Positions 1 to 9,812 of a DNA stretch of 64,000 bases are shown in pieces. This DNA is from Limnochordia bacterium. Lineage in GTDB: Bacteria; Bacillota; Limnochordia; DTU080. The translations under genes and the position numbers were made by a program. Location: contig JBMNJG010000012.1 in the NCBI GenBank assembly GCA_050951545.1, forward strand, positions 64,001 through 128,000, read 5' to 3'. The notes below the pieces were generated by a model. It made no database searches. It was not told the DNA's origin and was given only the letters and a program-made list of their open reading frames with translations. How positions within the stretch are numbered: position 1 is the stretch's first letter; every line of letters starts with the position of its first letter.

Positions 1-2
1 GC

Positions 3-770
3 CAACGCTATCAGCACTTTGGGTATCAGACGTGTGGGATCAAGTTCAATCTACGCATCAACCGCCGCTCCCTGCAAAGGGCGCGCATTGAGCCGTCTAC
101 GACTGTTGAGGAGGTCGACAAGACCTCTTCGGACGTGCTCAGGAAGCTAGAGGAGCTTTCTGCTGAGATCGACTTTGGTGTCGAGCGTGAACAACTTGAG
201 TTGCTCTTGTCACGGCCCTCGGCACGTGTCTTCATTGGCGATGAAGGCTATCTCATATCCATGCGGGAGCGTTCCGGTGACCTCGAGGTTACGGAAGTGA
301 TCTCTCCCTCAGGCTCTGAAGCTGAACTCATCTATGGAGCCTTAGTATGGAGCTTTGGCGACGAAGCTAACGTGGAACTGGCAGGGGCGCAAACAGAGCG
401 GGCCGCCCGACTCAGTCGCGTCTGCAATTACTGGCGGGCGAGCCCCCAAGGCATGTTCCACATCATTAGCTGGCCACAGCTACTGGAGGAGTTAGCGCCG
501 TTTCTCGGTGTACAGGTTGCAGGGGTTCCCGCATTTCGCATGAGTATCGGCTGTCGCTGGCAGGAGACTGTAGATCAGGCCACCATCGACTGGGACGGGG
601 CTCGCTTATCGGTGAGCTCGGGCAGGCACGCCAGTGAGTATGTGGAACTGGAGAACCCTCACCTGACTGGTTTGCTGCTGGGAGGTCCGTTCTGCGGTGC
701 TGAAAAGCTAGGCATGTTCGGTCGGTTACTGCCAGTACCGATCCATATCCCAATCATGGACCATGTATAG
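3..770 (+). CDS. GNAT-family (Eis-like) acetyltransferase, 5'-truncated by window edge
   Basis: Frame is open from base 3 (QRYQHFGYQTCG, resembling the GNAT 'Y..FG[YF]' motif) into the ORF-track 135..770 ORF. Confidence 0.55.
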   Translation, partial: QRYQHFGYQTCGIKFNLRINRRSLQRARIEPSTTVEEVDKTSSDVLRKLEELSAEIDFGVEREQLELLLSRPSARVFIGDEGYLISMRERSGDLEVTEVISPSGSEAELIYGALVWSFGDEANVELAGAQTERAARLSRVCNYWRASPQGMFHIISWPQLLEELAPFLGVQVAGVPAFRMSIGCRWQETVDQATIDWDGARLSVSSGRHASEYVELENPHLTGLLLGGPFCGAEKLGMFGRLLPVPIHIPIMDHV

Positions 771-785
771 GAGGAGGACACACCC

Positions 786-1580
786 GTGAGGAAGCTGAAT
801 GTGCATGAGCACCTATGGGATATCGAAGACAATACGGTGGAGCTACTTCTACGTAAGATGGATGAGCATGAAGTGGAAATCACCTGTGTCACAATAGGTA
901 GTCGACATCTGTGGCAAGATTACGACTGCAACGACTTCGTTGAAGCGGCTTTCAAGGAGCATTCCGATCGTCTGAGGGGTTTTGGATGGGTGAATCTGGG
1001 GGTGGATACAGCCAGGAAGGTGCGCGAACTCAAGGACCGCGGATTCGCAGGCCTTAAGTTCATCTATCCGCGAGTAGCATATAACGATGAGCGGCTCTTC
1101 GATGTATATACGGAAGCAGAAAGACTCAAAATGCCCTGCGTGTTTCATCTTGGCCCCGTACTCGCCAAGGGGAAAAAGCCGCGGTTCCAGATAGACTCGG
1201 ATCGTATGCGGGCGGGCACACTGGATCTCATCGCTCGAGAGTGTCCAGAACTCAGAATAGTGGGTGCACACCTTGGATGGGCTGATCACAACGAGGCATG
1301 GGCGTTCGCCCGCCAGCATCCCCACCTGTACCTGGACACCTCAGGCAATGGCTATCTGAGGAGGCAGCCTCGGGAGTTCTTCGCTTACAGCATCTTGGGT
1401 TGGGAGCGGACACTGCCCAAACTCGTCTTCGGCACAGACCAGTACTATCGCGGCTGGGATGATGAGATCGCTACTACCGAACGCCTGTTGGACGAGGTCT
1501 GGCAAGTTGATGCTCAGACTAAGGCCAGGATCTACTATGACAATCTGGCCGATATCTTGAGCTGGGCTGGTGTACTCTAG
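786..1580 (+). CDS. Amidohydrolase family protein (Amidohydro_2 type)
   Basis: N-terminal xHxH (NVHEH), GLK, VFH, GAHLG, LYLDTS and FGTD motifs; GGAGGA RBS upstream. Confidence 0.85.
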   Translation: MRKLNVHEHLWDIEDNTVELLLRKMDEHEVEITCVTIGSRHLWQDYDCNDFVEAAFKEHSDRLRGFGWVNLGVDTARKVRELKDRGFAGLKFIYPRVAYNDERLFDVYTEAERLKMPCVFHLGPVLAKGKKPRFQIDSDRMRAGTLDLIARECPELRIVGAHLGWADHNEAWAFARQHPHLYLDTSGNGYLRRQPREFFAYSILGWERTLPKLVFGTDQYYRGWDDEIATTERLLDEVWQVDAQTKARIYYDNLADILSWAGVL

Positions 1581-1632
1581 GTAGAATCAGTGTGGAACGC
1601 GCGAGACGTCTCTAGGGGGATGAGTTAGCCTC

Positions 1633-2946
1633 ATGGATAGCTGGTTAGGCGAGCTGGTTCTGGTGACGGTGTTGGTTGGGCTCAACGCCGTTTTCGCTGC
1701 CTCGGAGATCGCACTGCTGTCGGTGCGCCGGAGCCGCATCAGAACCCTCGCAGAAGGGGGTTCCAGTGCCGCTGAGGCAGTGTTACGGGTAACGGGACAG
1801 ACCGAAAAACTGCTGGCCACTATCCAGATAGGCATCACTTTTGCAGGCTTCTTGGCTAGTGCTACGGCGGCCGTGGCGCTTGCGAGCATTGTTGCAGCTG
1901 GTCTGACTCGTCTGCCGGTACGCGGGATTGGCGCGTCGAGTCAGGCGATCGCTGTCTTTTTGGTCACGCTCGCTATTTCCTACGTGACTTTGGTGATCGG
2001 TGAGCTAGTGCCTAAGCGGGTGGCCCTGCAGCACGCGGAGTGGATCTCTTTGCGTGTAGCACGCCCACTGGAAATGCTTGCCGTGCTGGCCTCACCCTTT
2101 GTATGGCTTCTGACAAGGTCGACCCATGCCGTGTTATGGGTCCTGGGAATACGGGGTGAGCTAGAGCGTGAGAGGATCTCAGAAGATGAGATCCTCCAGA
2201 TGATCGCTGGGCATGAGGAGATTCCGCCTGAGGAGAAACTGTGGGTGCGCAATGTGTTCGAGTTTGGGGATGCATGTGCTCAAGAGGTGATGACCCACCG
2301 CAGCGATACTGTTGCCCTGGCCAAAGGCCTCGATGTAAAGGAGGCCGCACAATCGCTGTACCGTGCGGGCTTGAGCCGGGCCCCGGTCTATGACTCTTCA
2401 TTGGATGATATCGTCGGGCAAGTGTCTCTGAGTGCCATTGTCGGGCACTGGCTGGAGGCGGATGGAAGGGGCACTGTGAGCGAGATCATGGAGCCCGTGC
2501 GCGTGGTGCCTGAACTCAAGCCTCTCGGCGATCTGCTGCAGGAGATGCGCGAGGCAAGCGATTACCTCGTGGTTGTGGCCGATGAGTATGGCACGCTAGT
2601 AGGAGTCGTGTCGCTAAACGACTTACTCCGGAAGCTGCTGGCGGATCCGCATTCGCTGGACGATCTTACTCTTGCCGCAGGTTCCACCGAGTATCTCGTG
2701 CCCGGAAGCACCCCCGTGCGTGCGCTCAATCAGGCACTCGGCATGACGATTCCCGAAAGTGAGGACTACGTGACCCTCGCTGGTTTCCTCTTGGAGCGGT
2801 TGGGGCACATACCTTCGGTAGGGGAAAGAGTACAGCATGACGATGTTGCGCTCATGGTGGAACGAGTGCGACACCATCGAGTGGAGCAGATCCGCATAGG
2901 TCGTAAGCCTGCCGTGCATCAGTTGAGCAAGCCCAGGCCTGAATAG
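1633..2946 (+). CDS. Hemolysin-family/CNNM transporter (DUF21 + CBS pair + CorC_HlyC)
   Basis: NAVFAASEIAL, LATIQIGIT, GELVPKRVAL, DEYGTLVGVV, TLAGFLLERLGHIP motifs. Confidence 0.9.
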   Translation: MDSWLGELVLVTVLVGLNAVFAASEIALLSVRRSRIRTLAEGGSSAAEAVLRVTGQTEKLLATIQIGITFAGFLASATAAVALASIVAAGLTRLPVRGIGASSQAIAVFLVTLAISYVTLVIGELVPKRVALQHAEWISLRVARPLEMLAVLASPFVWLLTRSTHAVLWVLGIRGELERERISEDEILQMIAGHEEIPPEEKLWVRNVFEFGDACAQEVMTHRSDTVALAKGLDVKEAAQSLYRAGLSRAPVYDSSLDDIVGQVSLSAIVGHWLEADGRGTVSEIMEPVRVVPELKPLGDLLQEMREASDYLVVVADEYGTLVGVVSLNDLLRKLLADPHSLDDLTLAAGSTEYLVPGSTPVRALNQALGMTIPESEDYVTLAGFLLERLGHIPSVGERVQHDDVALMVERVRHHRVEQIRIGRKPAVHQLSKPRPE

Positions 2947-2969
2947 CGGATCTGCTCATAGATTAGCGG

Positions 2970-3896
2970 TCAATTCGTGGGGGCTGTGGAGGCCACTAAG
3001 CGTTCGGCATTCTCTCTGCCGATCTTGCGCCATACGTCAGCTGGCAGATCCAGGCTATCCAGGAACTCCCTTAAGTCGTTGCCGAAGTAGTCGCGAGCGA
3101 AGACAAATCGGTCTGGGTGTCGCATGAGGAACTCCCGGGCTATTCCAGGATCAGCCTTTAGCGCCCTCAGAGCACTCCCTGCTGACAGGTCTCCATAGAT
3201 GTTTGGGTGCTTGTCGAACAAGGCAGGGAGTCGACCGCCAGGTTTCAGGGGAGGCTTGAGATAGCTCTCCGGATATGTATCTGCGTCACCTGTAAGCTCT
3301 CGCCAGAAGCCGGGAGCGTGTCCCAGGAAATTGGTGTTCGGGCACATGGTGAGTGCTCGCTCGAGATTAACGATCGTACCTCCTTTCCAGGAGTAATGGC
3401 CGACGAAACGGCCTCCTTCTGGAGGTAGATATGGTACGTCCATATGCACAATCACAGGCAGACCCCGCGAGCCTGCATAGCGGAAGATCTCAATACAGCG
3501 AGGGTCATCGAGTCCGATCGCGAACTTCCACTCCCCGCATACCCGCACTCCGAGGATGTCAATAGCCGCCTTGAGCTTAGGCACCGCCTTCGGGTCAAGC
3601 GGGTGAGGGCAGTAACCAGGGATAAAGCGGTCCGGATAGCGCCGATACGTCTCGTATGTCGTATGCAGTGGCATGGCCACCGCAGCACTTCCTCGCCAAT
3701 GCCAGCGTGGATCCACCACTGAGGCATAACTGCCGCCAGATTCCTCTGCTGACTCTTCCCAACCTAGGAGCCATGCCTTTTCGATTCCATGTGCGTCCAT
3801 ATCTGCCAGAAGTCCTCTGTCATCTCGGCCATGCCAGAAGACATGCTGGTGCCCGTCAATGAGTCCGAATTCAGTCACTGCTATTACCTCCTTCAC
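2970..3896 (-). CDS. Amidohydrolase family protein
   Basis: IDGHQH, GEWK, IVH, FLGHAPGFW, YGDLSAGS, ENAERL motifs. Confidence 0.85.
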   Translation of the reverse strand: MKEVIAVTEFGLIDGHQHVFWHGRDDRGLLADMDAHGIEKAWLLGWEESAEESGGSYASVVDPRWHWRGSAAVAMPLHTTYETYRRYPDRFIPGYCPHPLDPKAVPKLKAAIDILGVRVCGEWKFAIGLDDPRCIEIFRYAGSRGLPVIVHMDVPYLPPEGGRFVGHYSWKGGTIVNLERALTMCPNTNFLGHAPGFWRELTGDADTYPESYLKPPLKPGGRLPALFDKHPNIYGDLSAGSALRALKADPGIAREFLMRHPDRFVFARDYFGNDLREFLDSLDLPADVWRKIGRENAERLVASTAPTN

Positions 3897-3905
3897 GTTA
3901 TTTCG

Positions 3906-4802
3906 TCACTCTAAGCCGAGCAGTCTGATAGCGTTCTCTCTCGCTATCTTCATGAAGGCTTGCTCGGTGATCTTTTTCGTATCTCGCCATTCGACGAGAA
4001 GGTCAACAATGGGGAAGCTGGAGTTTGGCGTAATGATGTCAGTTCCAAAAAGCAGCCGATCTTGAAACTCCATGAGGAATCTTGGCCCGTAGTCGGGGTC
4101 TCTAGTTAACGCGTGCCAAGGGCTCGGATCTGACAGATCCCCATAGAGATTTGGATACCTGCGTAGCAGTTTGGGCGTCACGCCCTCTTCCTTGATAGGC
4201 CCGCTGGGATGCCGGCCGACTTGCCCGCCATCAGGGCGAAAGATGAAGCGGCCTTCAGCAGGGGTGTCCAGTCGGCCAATCTCTGCCCAGAATAAGGGAC
4301 CATGCCCCAGCAGAACAAGGTTGGGGAAGCGCTGAAGGGTGTGCTCGAGTTGAGGAAGGCCGGGGTCATCCTGCAGCCCAAAGTCGCCTGTCAGCTGATC
4401 CGAGCCGTCGAAGATCACGGGCAATCCTACGTCTTGTGCGTGCCTGAAGAGATTCTGCACCAAGGGGTGCATCATCGGTAGGTTGGGCATTACTTCTCCC
4501 ACACCTTTGCAGCCCAGGTCTTTGTAGTGACGTAGAAGGCGATCCAGAGGTGCGTCCGCCGAGTTCGTCAGAGCACGTGGATCGATATTGCAGAAAGGAA
4601 TGAACCGGTCGGGGTGGTTTGCTGCCATCTCCAGAATGTCCTCATTACTTTGCGGAATGTAGATCTCAGGACTGACGATGGGCAGCAAGGCGCCTTTTTC
4701 AATGCCCACTTCGTCGTAGCGCCTAAGAACCTCGTCGGCATTACAGAATGGGATGAAGGGAGGTCGCTTTCGATACGCGTGTGCATGAATGTCGATGAAC
4801 AT
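3906..4802 (-). CDS. Amidohydrolase family protein
   Basis: IDIHAH, GVGE, LGHG, YGDLS, LFGTD, ENAIRLL motifs; AAGGAGG RBS. Confidence 0.85.
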   Translation of the reverse strand: MFIDIHAHAYRKRPPFIPFCNADEVLRRYDEVGIEKGALLPIVSPEIYIPQSNEDILEMAANHPDRFIPFCNIDPRALTNSADAPLDRLLRHYKDLGCKGVGEVMPNLPMMHPLVQNLFRHAQDVGLPVIFDGSDQLTGDFGLQDDPGLPQLEHTLQRFPNLVLLGHGPLFWAEIGRLDTPAEGRFIFRPDGGQVGRHPSGPIKEEGVTPKLLRRYPNLYGDLSDPSPWHALTRDPDYGPRFLMEFQDRLLFGTDIITPNSSFPIVDLLVEWRDTKKITEQAFMKIARENAIRLLGLE

Positions 4803-4956
4803 GCCAGACTCCTCCTTGGCAGATAGTAGAAGGTAGCTGCCTCCAGCGAACCCGAACTATGCCTACGGGTCATCGCTTCGTCTTTCTCGCAGAACTCCCT
4901 GCGCACAGTTACCTGTTGACGCCGCGGCATTATCCAACATGAGGATGCAAGTTGAG

Positions 4957-4985
4957 GAAGGAACTGCCCCTTGCCTGTGAGAATA
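4957..4985 (+). promoter_or_regulatory. SigH-like promoter upstream of the FG-GAP protein gene
   Basis: GAAGGA-N18-GAAT matches the B. subtilis sigma-H consensus spacing. Confidence 0.45.
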
Positions 4986-5200
4986 ACCTAAGATAGTGTT
5001 CCTGTTGCTCCTTACTCCATGCGAGGCCGCTTTTCGCGTGGTTTGCGTCTGCAGCCAACCTCAAGTGGGTACCACTGCGCCGCTCGTGGTGCACCATCCC
5101 ACGGGGTGGCAGCCAACGACATGCCCGCACAGCATCACATCATTATTCTGGGGAGGAAAACACAACGCAGGGAGGACGGTCTGCCTATTGCCACATCCTC

Positions 5201-6751
5201 GTGGTAGTCATCTTGGCCGCGTGCGTTTGCGGCATCGCCATGGGCCTCACCGCGTGTGGCGCGGAGGCATCCCATGCCTTTGTTGAGGTGGCCGAGCTCA
5301 CAGATCTCAGGGCGATGACCGATGTGGCAGTAGGGCGTTTGGCAGCAGGAAGCAATCAACGGCGCATGGCGATTGTGCAAGATGGCCGTGTGCTGCTCTG
5401 CTCGTTATCGGGAAATGAGGTCAGCGTCGATGCCGAGATAGAGGGCTTTAGGAATCCTGCTGTTAGTGTGGCCTTCGCTGATTTCAACGGCGACGGGCAG
5501 GAGGATCTCTGGATCGGTTCGGCGGGGCCAGGTACCGTCTACGTGTACAGTCTTGCAGAGGGTTATCCGTTTCTGGCTCAGACGGACCGGTACATGTGGT
5601 CGCCTGTCGTGAAGCTACTCACGCCCGACCTGGATGGCGATGGTCTTCCGGACGTGGTGGCGCTCAGCGAAGCCGGTGCCGCGTTTGCTTTTGTGAATCG
5701 CGATGAGGGCCTTTCGCAGGTATGGCGTTCAGGAAGCCGCGAAGGTCCCGTTCGCCATGTATTGGCTTGCGATCTGTGCGGTGATGGCAAAGACTCAGTG
5801 ATCGTGGCCCGAGATCAAGGCTACATATCCGTATGGCGTTGGACGGCAGGGACTGCGGAGGGCACGGCGATGGCACCCGTGAACCCGTTGGAGCACGACA
5901 GTGGCCTCGTGGACATTTCGCATCTTTCGGCGGCGTGGCGTGGTGAATCTGCTGCGGTGTCTCAGAAGGAAGCTAGAACACACGGTCAGCTCGAGAGCCT
6001 GTGGGAGGAGTATCCCTGGGGACAGATCCATTATGTAGACGTACTTGATGTCGACAGAGATGGCGCCAAGGAGCTTGTTGTGGTCACTTCGCAGAATCTG
6101 TTGTACGCCTATGGCTGTAGCCCAGATGGAGTCATAGCGCTGAAGACGTCTACGGGAGTGCCTCAGATAGCCGAGGGGTTGCGTGCTGCACTCCAAACAC
6201 TTCAGCCAACAGAAGGGGGCTTGCTTCTTGGTGTTCAGGGCAAAGGCCTCGCACTCTGGCAACAGCGCACGGCGGATACTGGTTGGGTTTTCGACGTGGT
6301 GTGGCAAAGTGAGTTCGACTTGGAGTTCACCCAAGTTGTCCAGGCAGGCAAGCATCTCATTTTCCGATGCAAGGATGCCATACGCATACTTGAGCGTGTC
6401 CCGGCCAGTTACGTGCGGATGGTCGTCCGTGGCAGACCCTACCTGGGCCTGCAAGTGGCTCCGATCTTCGTAAGAGGCGATATCCTGCTGGCGGCAAAAG
6501 ACTGGGCAGATCTGTTTGGGCTCTCGCTTACGTGGAACCAAAGCCAGAGGCGGATGACCATTCTCTGGGGGATGCAGTACCTTGTGGCGACCGTGGGTAG
6601 CCGCGAGGTCGTTGTCAATGGCCGCCAGGTAACACTTAGGCAAGAGCCGAGGAACCGTGACGGACTGGTTTTTTTGCCCACCGAATTGATCCGGTTGCTC
6701 ACCTCTGAGGTTTCCTGGAAGCCCCATACACGTCTCTTAACCATCCGCTAG
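5201..6751 (+). CDS. Exported (possibly lipo-) protein with FG-GAP/VCBS repeats and a C-terminal copper-amine-oxidase N-terminal-like domain
   Basis: Hydrophobic N-terminus with LTAC lipobox-like motif; repeats DFNGDGQEDL, DLDGDGLPDV, DLCGDGKDSV, DVDRDGAKEL; C-terminal VNGRQVTL..EP...DG..FLP pattern. Confidence 0.7.
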   Translation: MVVILAACVCGIAMGLTACGAEASHAFVEVAELTDLRAMTDVAVGRLAAGSNQRRMAIVQDGRVLLCSLSGNEVSVDAEIEGFRNPAVSVAFADFNGDGQEDLWIGSAGPGTVYVYSLAEGYPFLAQTDRYMWSPVVKLLTPDLDGDGLPDVVALSEAGAAFAFVNRDEGLSQVWRSGSREGPVRHVLACDLCGDGKDSVIVARDQGYISVWRWTAGTAEGTAMAPVNPLEHDSGLVDISHLSAAWRGESAAVSQKEARTHGQLESLWEEYPWGQIHYVDVLDVDRDGAKELVVVTSQNLLYAYGCSPDGVIALKTSTGVPQIAEGLRAALQTLQPTEGGLLLGVQGKGLALWQQRTADTGWVFDVVWQSEFDLEFTQVVQAGKHLIFRCKDAIRILERVPASYVRMVVRGRPYLGLQVAPIFVRGDILLAAKDWADLFGLSLTWNQSQRRMTILWGMQYLVATVGSREVVVNGRQVTLRQEPRNRDGLVFLPTELIRLLTSEVSWKPHTRLLTIR

Positions 6752-7005
6752 ATGATGCCCCAGTCTGGCAGCGGAGGCGTGGAAGGAACAAGTCGCGCAA
6801 ATGGCGAAGGGGCGGCACAAGTAGTGACGCCAAAAGGGCATTCTTATCATAGGACGGTCGGGCTTTGATGGGGGGTGACGCTTTGCGTCCTTCCATCCGA
6901 GTAGCATCTGCCATCAGGGCACGCTGCTCTTCCCACTATAGTCCCACTTGCACCAGAAGCGGGTTATGTGTTTAGCATGCGGCGTAGAGCGGAAGGAGAA
7001 TCCAT

Positions 7006-9084
7006 GTGAGAAAATATGAGTCTAGTATGTTGCGCAATGTGGCACTGGTCAGTCACGGCGGTGCTGGCAAGACCACCCTCGCAGAAGCCATGTTGCATGT
7101 CAGTGGCGCCATCAATCGCCGGGGTACGGTGGAGGAGGGCACCACCGCTAGCGACCATGATCCCGAAGAGATCAAGAGAGGTATTAGCATCAATGCATCC
7201 ATCGTTCCATGCGAGTGGCAGGACAACAAGATCAATGTGTTGGATACTCCTGGGTATTTCGACTTCGTTGGTGAGGTCCTCGCTCCGTTGCATGTGGTTG
7301 AGGGGGCGGTCGTAGTTGTCTGCGCGGCCTCGGGCTGCGAAGTCGGTACCGAAAAGGTCTGGGCCTACTGCAACAAGTATGGGAGGCCTCGTGTCATCTT
7401 CGTGAACAAGATGGATCGTGAGAACGCTAACTTCGCTGAGGTGCTAAGCCAACTGCAAGAGCACTTCGGACAAGAGGTCACGCCAATATCCTTGCCGATT
7501 GGTAGCGCGGAGCAGTTCTCTGGTTATGTCGATCTGGTACGCATGAAAGCTTATGTCGCCCAGGATGACGAGAAACTGACAGAGACGGATATTCCTGCGG
7601 ACATCATGGCCGAGGCTGAAGCTGCTCGGGCAGTAATGGTCGAGGCAGTTGCCGCAACCGACGATGAGCTGACAATGAAGTTTCTGGAAGATGAGCCCCT
7701 TACTGATGAGGAAATCAGCGCCGGACTCAGTGCGGGTGCGAAATCTGGAGAGATCATACCTTTGCTGTGCGGTTCAGCGGCTAGGGAGATCGGGGTAGCG
7801 CACCTGCTCGAGGTGATCAACAGCTGCCTTCCTTCACCACTAGAGGGTAAGGCTCCAGAGGCCATCCAGATTAAGGATGATTCCGAGACAGTGTTAAGCC
7901 TTGATCCGTCTGCGCCTCCGGCACTCCAGGTCTTCAAGACCATGGCTGACCCATATGTAGGTAGGATGAGCATTTTCCGCGTATTCTCAGGGGTCATAGA
8001 GTCCGATACGGTACTGCATAATGCCAACCAGCGCCGGGATGAGCGCCTTGGTCAGGTCTTTGTTCTTCGCGGGAAAGAGCATTTGCCCGTGGACGAGGTG
8101 TGTGCAGGAGACATTGCAGGCGTGGCCAAGCTACAAGCCACCACAACAGGTGACACTCTGTGCTCACGGGATCAGGCAGTTCGCTTGAGTTTTGTCGATT
8201 TCCCGAAGCCCAAGATCTCCATGGCTGCAGAACCCCAGGCGAGGGGTGATGAAGAGAAGATTGGCTCAGGCTTCACTCGGCTTTCCGAAGAAGACCCAAC
8301 CTTCACTGTGGGAAAAAGCCCAGTCTCCGCTGAGCTGTTGATCTCCGGCCTGGGTGATCTGCATCTGGAAGTCATGATCTCCCGTTTGGCTCGGAAGTTT
8401 GCTGTCTCAGCGGTGACGAAAGACCCACGTGTTCCCTACAAAGAGACCATACGTTCGACGGTGAAGGCCGAATATCGGCATAGGAAGCAGAGCGGGGGGC
8501 GCGGTCAGTACGGGCACGTTATCATTGAGCTCGAGCCCCTGCCTGCTGGTGGCGGGTTTGAGTTCGTGGACAAGATCTTCGGCGGAGCGGTGCCCAGGCA
8601 GTACATCCCCGCTGTCGAGAAGGGCATTCGGGAGACGATGGTCGAAGGGGTGCTAGCTGGTTACGAAGTCGTAGATTTTCGGGTTACTTTGTTGGATGGA
8701 TCCTATCACGATGTGGACTCATCCGAAATGGCTTTCAAGATCGCGTCATCCATGGCGTTCAAGAAGGCCTTCATGGATGCCAGACCCGTTCTGCTGGAGC
8801 CAATATATAATATCAGTGTCGAGGTCCCGGATGATTACATGGGAGACGTCATTGGCGACCTCAACAAGAAACGTGGGCGCATTCTGGGCATGGACCCAGA
8901 GAACGGACTACAGCATATCCGGGCCCAAGCTCCTTTGGCTGAGCTTTTCCGCTATGCCATCGATCTCCGTTCTATGACGCAAGGACGCGGCGACTTTACG
9001 ATGGAGTTTGATCACTACGAGGAAGTCCCAGCTTCCGTCAGTGAGGAAGTGATCGCAGCAGCCAAGAAGGAACAGGAGTCGTAG
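7006..9084 (+). CDS. fusA: Elongation factor G paralogue (EF-G2 type, outside the str operon)
   Basis: SHGGAGKTT, RGISI, DTPG, NKMD, GLGDLHLE, KQSGGRGQYG, HDVDSS; 692 aa. Confidence 0.9.
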   Translation: MRKYESSMLRNVALVSHGGAGKTTLAEAMLHVSGAINRRGTVEEGTTASDHDPEEIKRGISINASIVPCEWQDNKINVLDTPGYFDFVGEVLAPLHVVEGAVVVVCAASGCEVGTEKVWAYCNKYGRPRVIFVNKMDRENANFAEVLSQLQEHFGQEVTPISLPIGSAEQFSGYVDLVRMKAYVAQDDEKLTETDIPADIMAEAEAARAVMVEAVAATDDELTMKFLEDEPLTDEEISAGLSAGAKSGEIIPLLCGSAAREIGVAHLLEVINSCLPSPLEGKAPEAIQIKDDSETVLSLDPSAPPALQVFKTMADPYVGRMSIFRVFSGVIESDTVLHNANQRRDERLGQVFVLRGKEHLPVDEVCAGDIAGVAKLQATTTGDTLCSRDQAVRLSFVDFPKPKISMAAEPQARGDEEKIGSGFTRLSEEDPTFTVGKSPVSAELLISGLGDLHLEVMISRLARKFAVSAVTKDPRVPYKETIRSTVKAEYRHRKQSGGRGQYGHVIIELEPLPAGGGFEFVDKIFGGAVPRQYIPAVEKGIRETMVEGVLAGYEVVDFRVTLLDGSYHDVDSSEMAFKIASSMAFKKAFMDARPVLLEPIYNISVEVPDDYMGDVIGDLNKKRGRILGMDPENGLQHIRAQAPLAELFRYAIDLRSMTQGRGDFTMEFDHYEEVPASVSEEVIAAAKKEQES

Positions 9085-9190
9085 GCCAAACACAAAACAG
9101 GTTCGTGCTATTGCTGGCCTTTCATGCATAGGTTTGTTGCACAGGTAGACTGTGCGGGAAGGTTGGCCGTCCTCACAGGGGGTGGCGGCA

Positions 9191-9607
9191 ATGGGGGGGG
9201 AGCAGCGGGGAGGAGGTCCATCGTCGAGACGATGGCTGCTCTCCGGACGGGCTCTGGTAGGTGGTGTTTTTCTAGGCGCCTTGGCGACGCTTGTTGCCGG
9301 GATCGTGGTCAGTCTTTTCCTTGCTCTGAGTGAGTGGGAAGGACCGTCTCACGCGATGATGCAGGCTATCAACTATGGGAGTGTTATCCTCGGAGGCGCA
9401 CTAGCTGGCAGAATGGCCGGACGCGTTGGTTGGATCCATGGTGCTTTGGTTGGTTTTTTCTACGTGGTATTGCTCTCGTTGCCGGCTGGACGTCGTGGGA
9501 TACTCGTGCTGGCAAGCTCAGAGTTTCTTCTGAGAGCCCTAGGTCTGTGTGCCGCTGCTATGGCGGGCGGAATGCTGGGAGTAAGCACGTCAAAGCATCC
9601 TGGGTGA
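9191..9607 (+). CDS. TIGR04086/YrzE-like four-TM membrane protein
   Basis: Four hydrophobic segments, GG..AG...G..GWIHG..VG motif; ATG at 9191 preferred over ORF-track 9152. Confidence 0.65.
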   Translation: MGGEQRGGGPSSRRWLLSGRALVGGVFLGALATLVAGIVVSLFLALSEWEGPSHAMMQAINYGSVILGGALAGRMAGRVGWIHGALVGFFYVVLLSLPAGRRGILVLASSEFLLRALGLCAAAMAGGMLGVSTSKHPG

Positions 9608-9620
9608 GGTCGTTTGGCGC

Positions 9621-9650
9621 TTGACGTCGTTGCTCACCGTGTGCTATACT
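9621..9650 (+). promoter_or_regulatory. Sigma-A promoter of tRNA-Trp
   Basis: TTGACG-N18-TATACT with extended TGn, 11 nt upstream of the tRNA. Confidence 0.75.
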
Positions 9651-9661
9651 AACCCTGTCAT

Positions 9662-9737
9662 AGGGGTATGGTGTCAACGGCTAGCACGGCGGTCTCCAAA
9701 ACCGTAAGTGAGGGTTCGAATCCTTCTACCCCTGCCA
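9662..9737 (+). tRNA. tRNA-Trp (CCA)
   Basis: 76 nt cloverleaf: acceptor AGGGGTA/TACCCCT, anticodon loop CT-CCA-AA, T arm GAGGG-TTCGAAT-CCTTC, encoded CCA end. Confidence 0.97.
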
Positions 9738-9740
9738 AAG

Positions 9741-9780
9741 AAAAGCGGTGGTCAGTGCACGTTAGTGCGCCACCGCTTTT
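9741..9780. terminator. Bidirectional intrinsic terminator
   Basis: AAAAGCGGTGG...CCACCGCTTTT inverted repeat between the convergent tRNA and ORF. Confidence 0.8.
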
Positions 9781-9812
9781 GGTCATTCAGCCTCAAATGT
9801 CGATGGCAAGCG

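Noticed and set aside
5795-6727. 310-aa antisense ORF (and similar long shadow ORFs at 37463-38278, 57199-57939, 61259-61921)
   Set aside because: They lie opposite well-supported genes, have no recognisable motifs, and are expected in GC-rich DNA
6699-6914. 71-aa - strand ORF and GATGGGGG...CTTCCATC hairpin between the FG-GAP gene and fusA
   Set aside because: No recognisable family or good RBS spacing; the hairpin could be an ordinary terminator; evidence too thin to call
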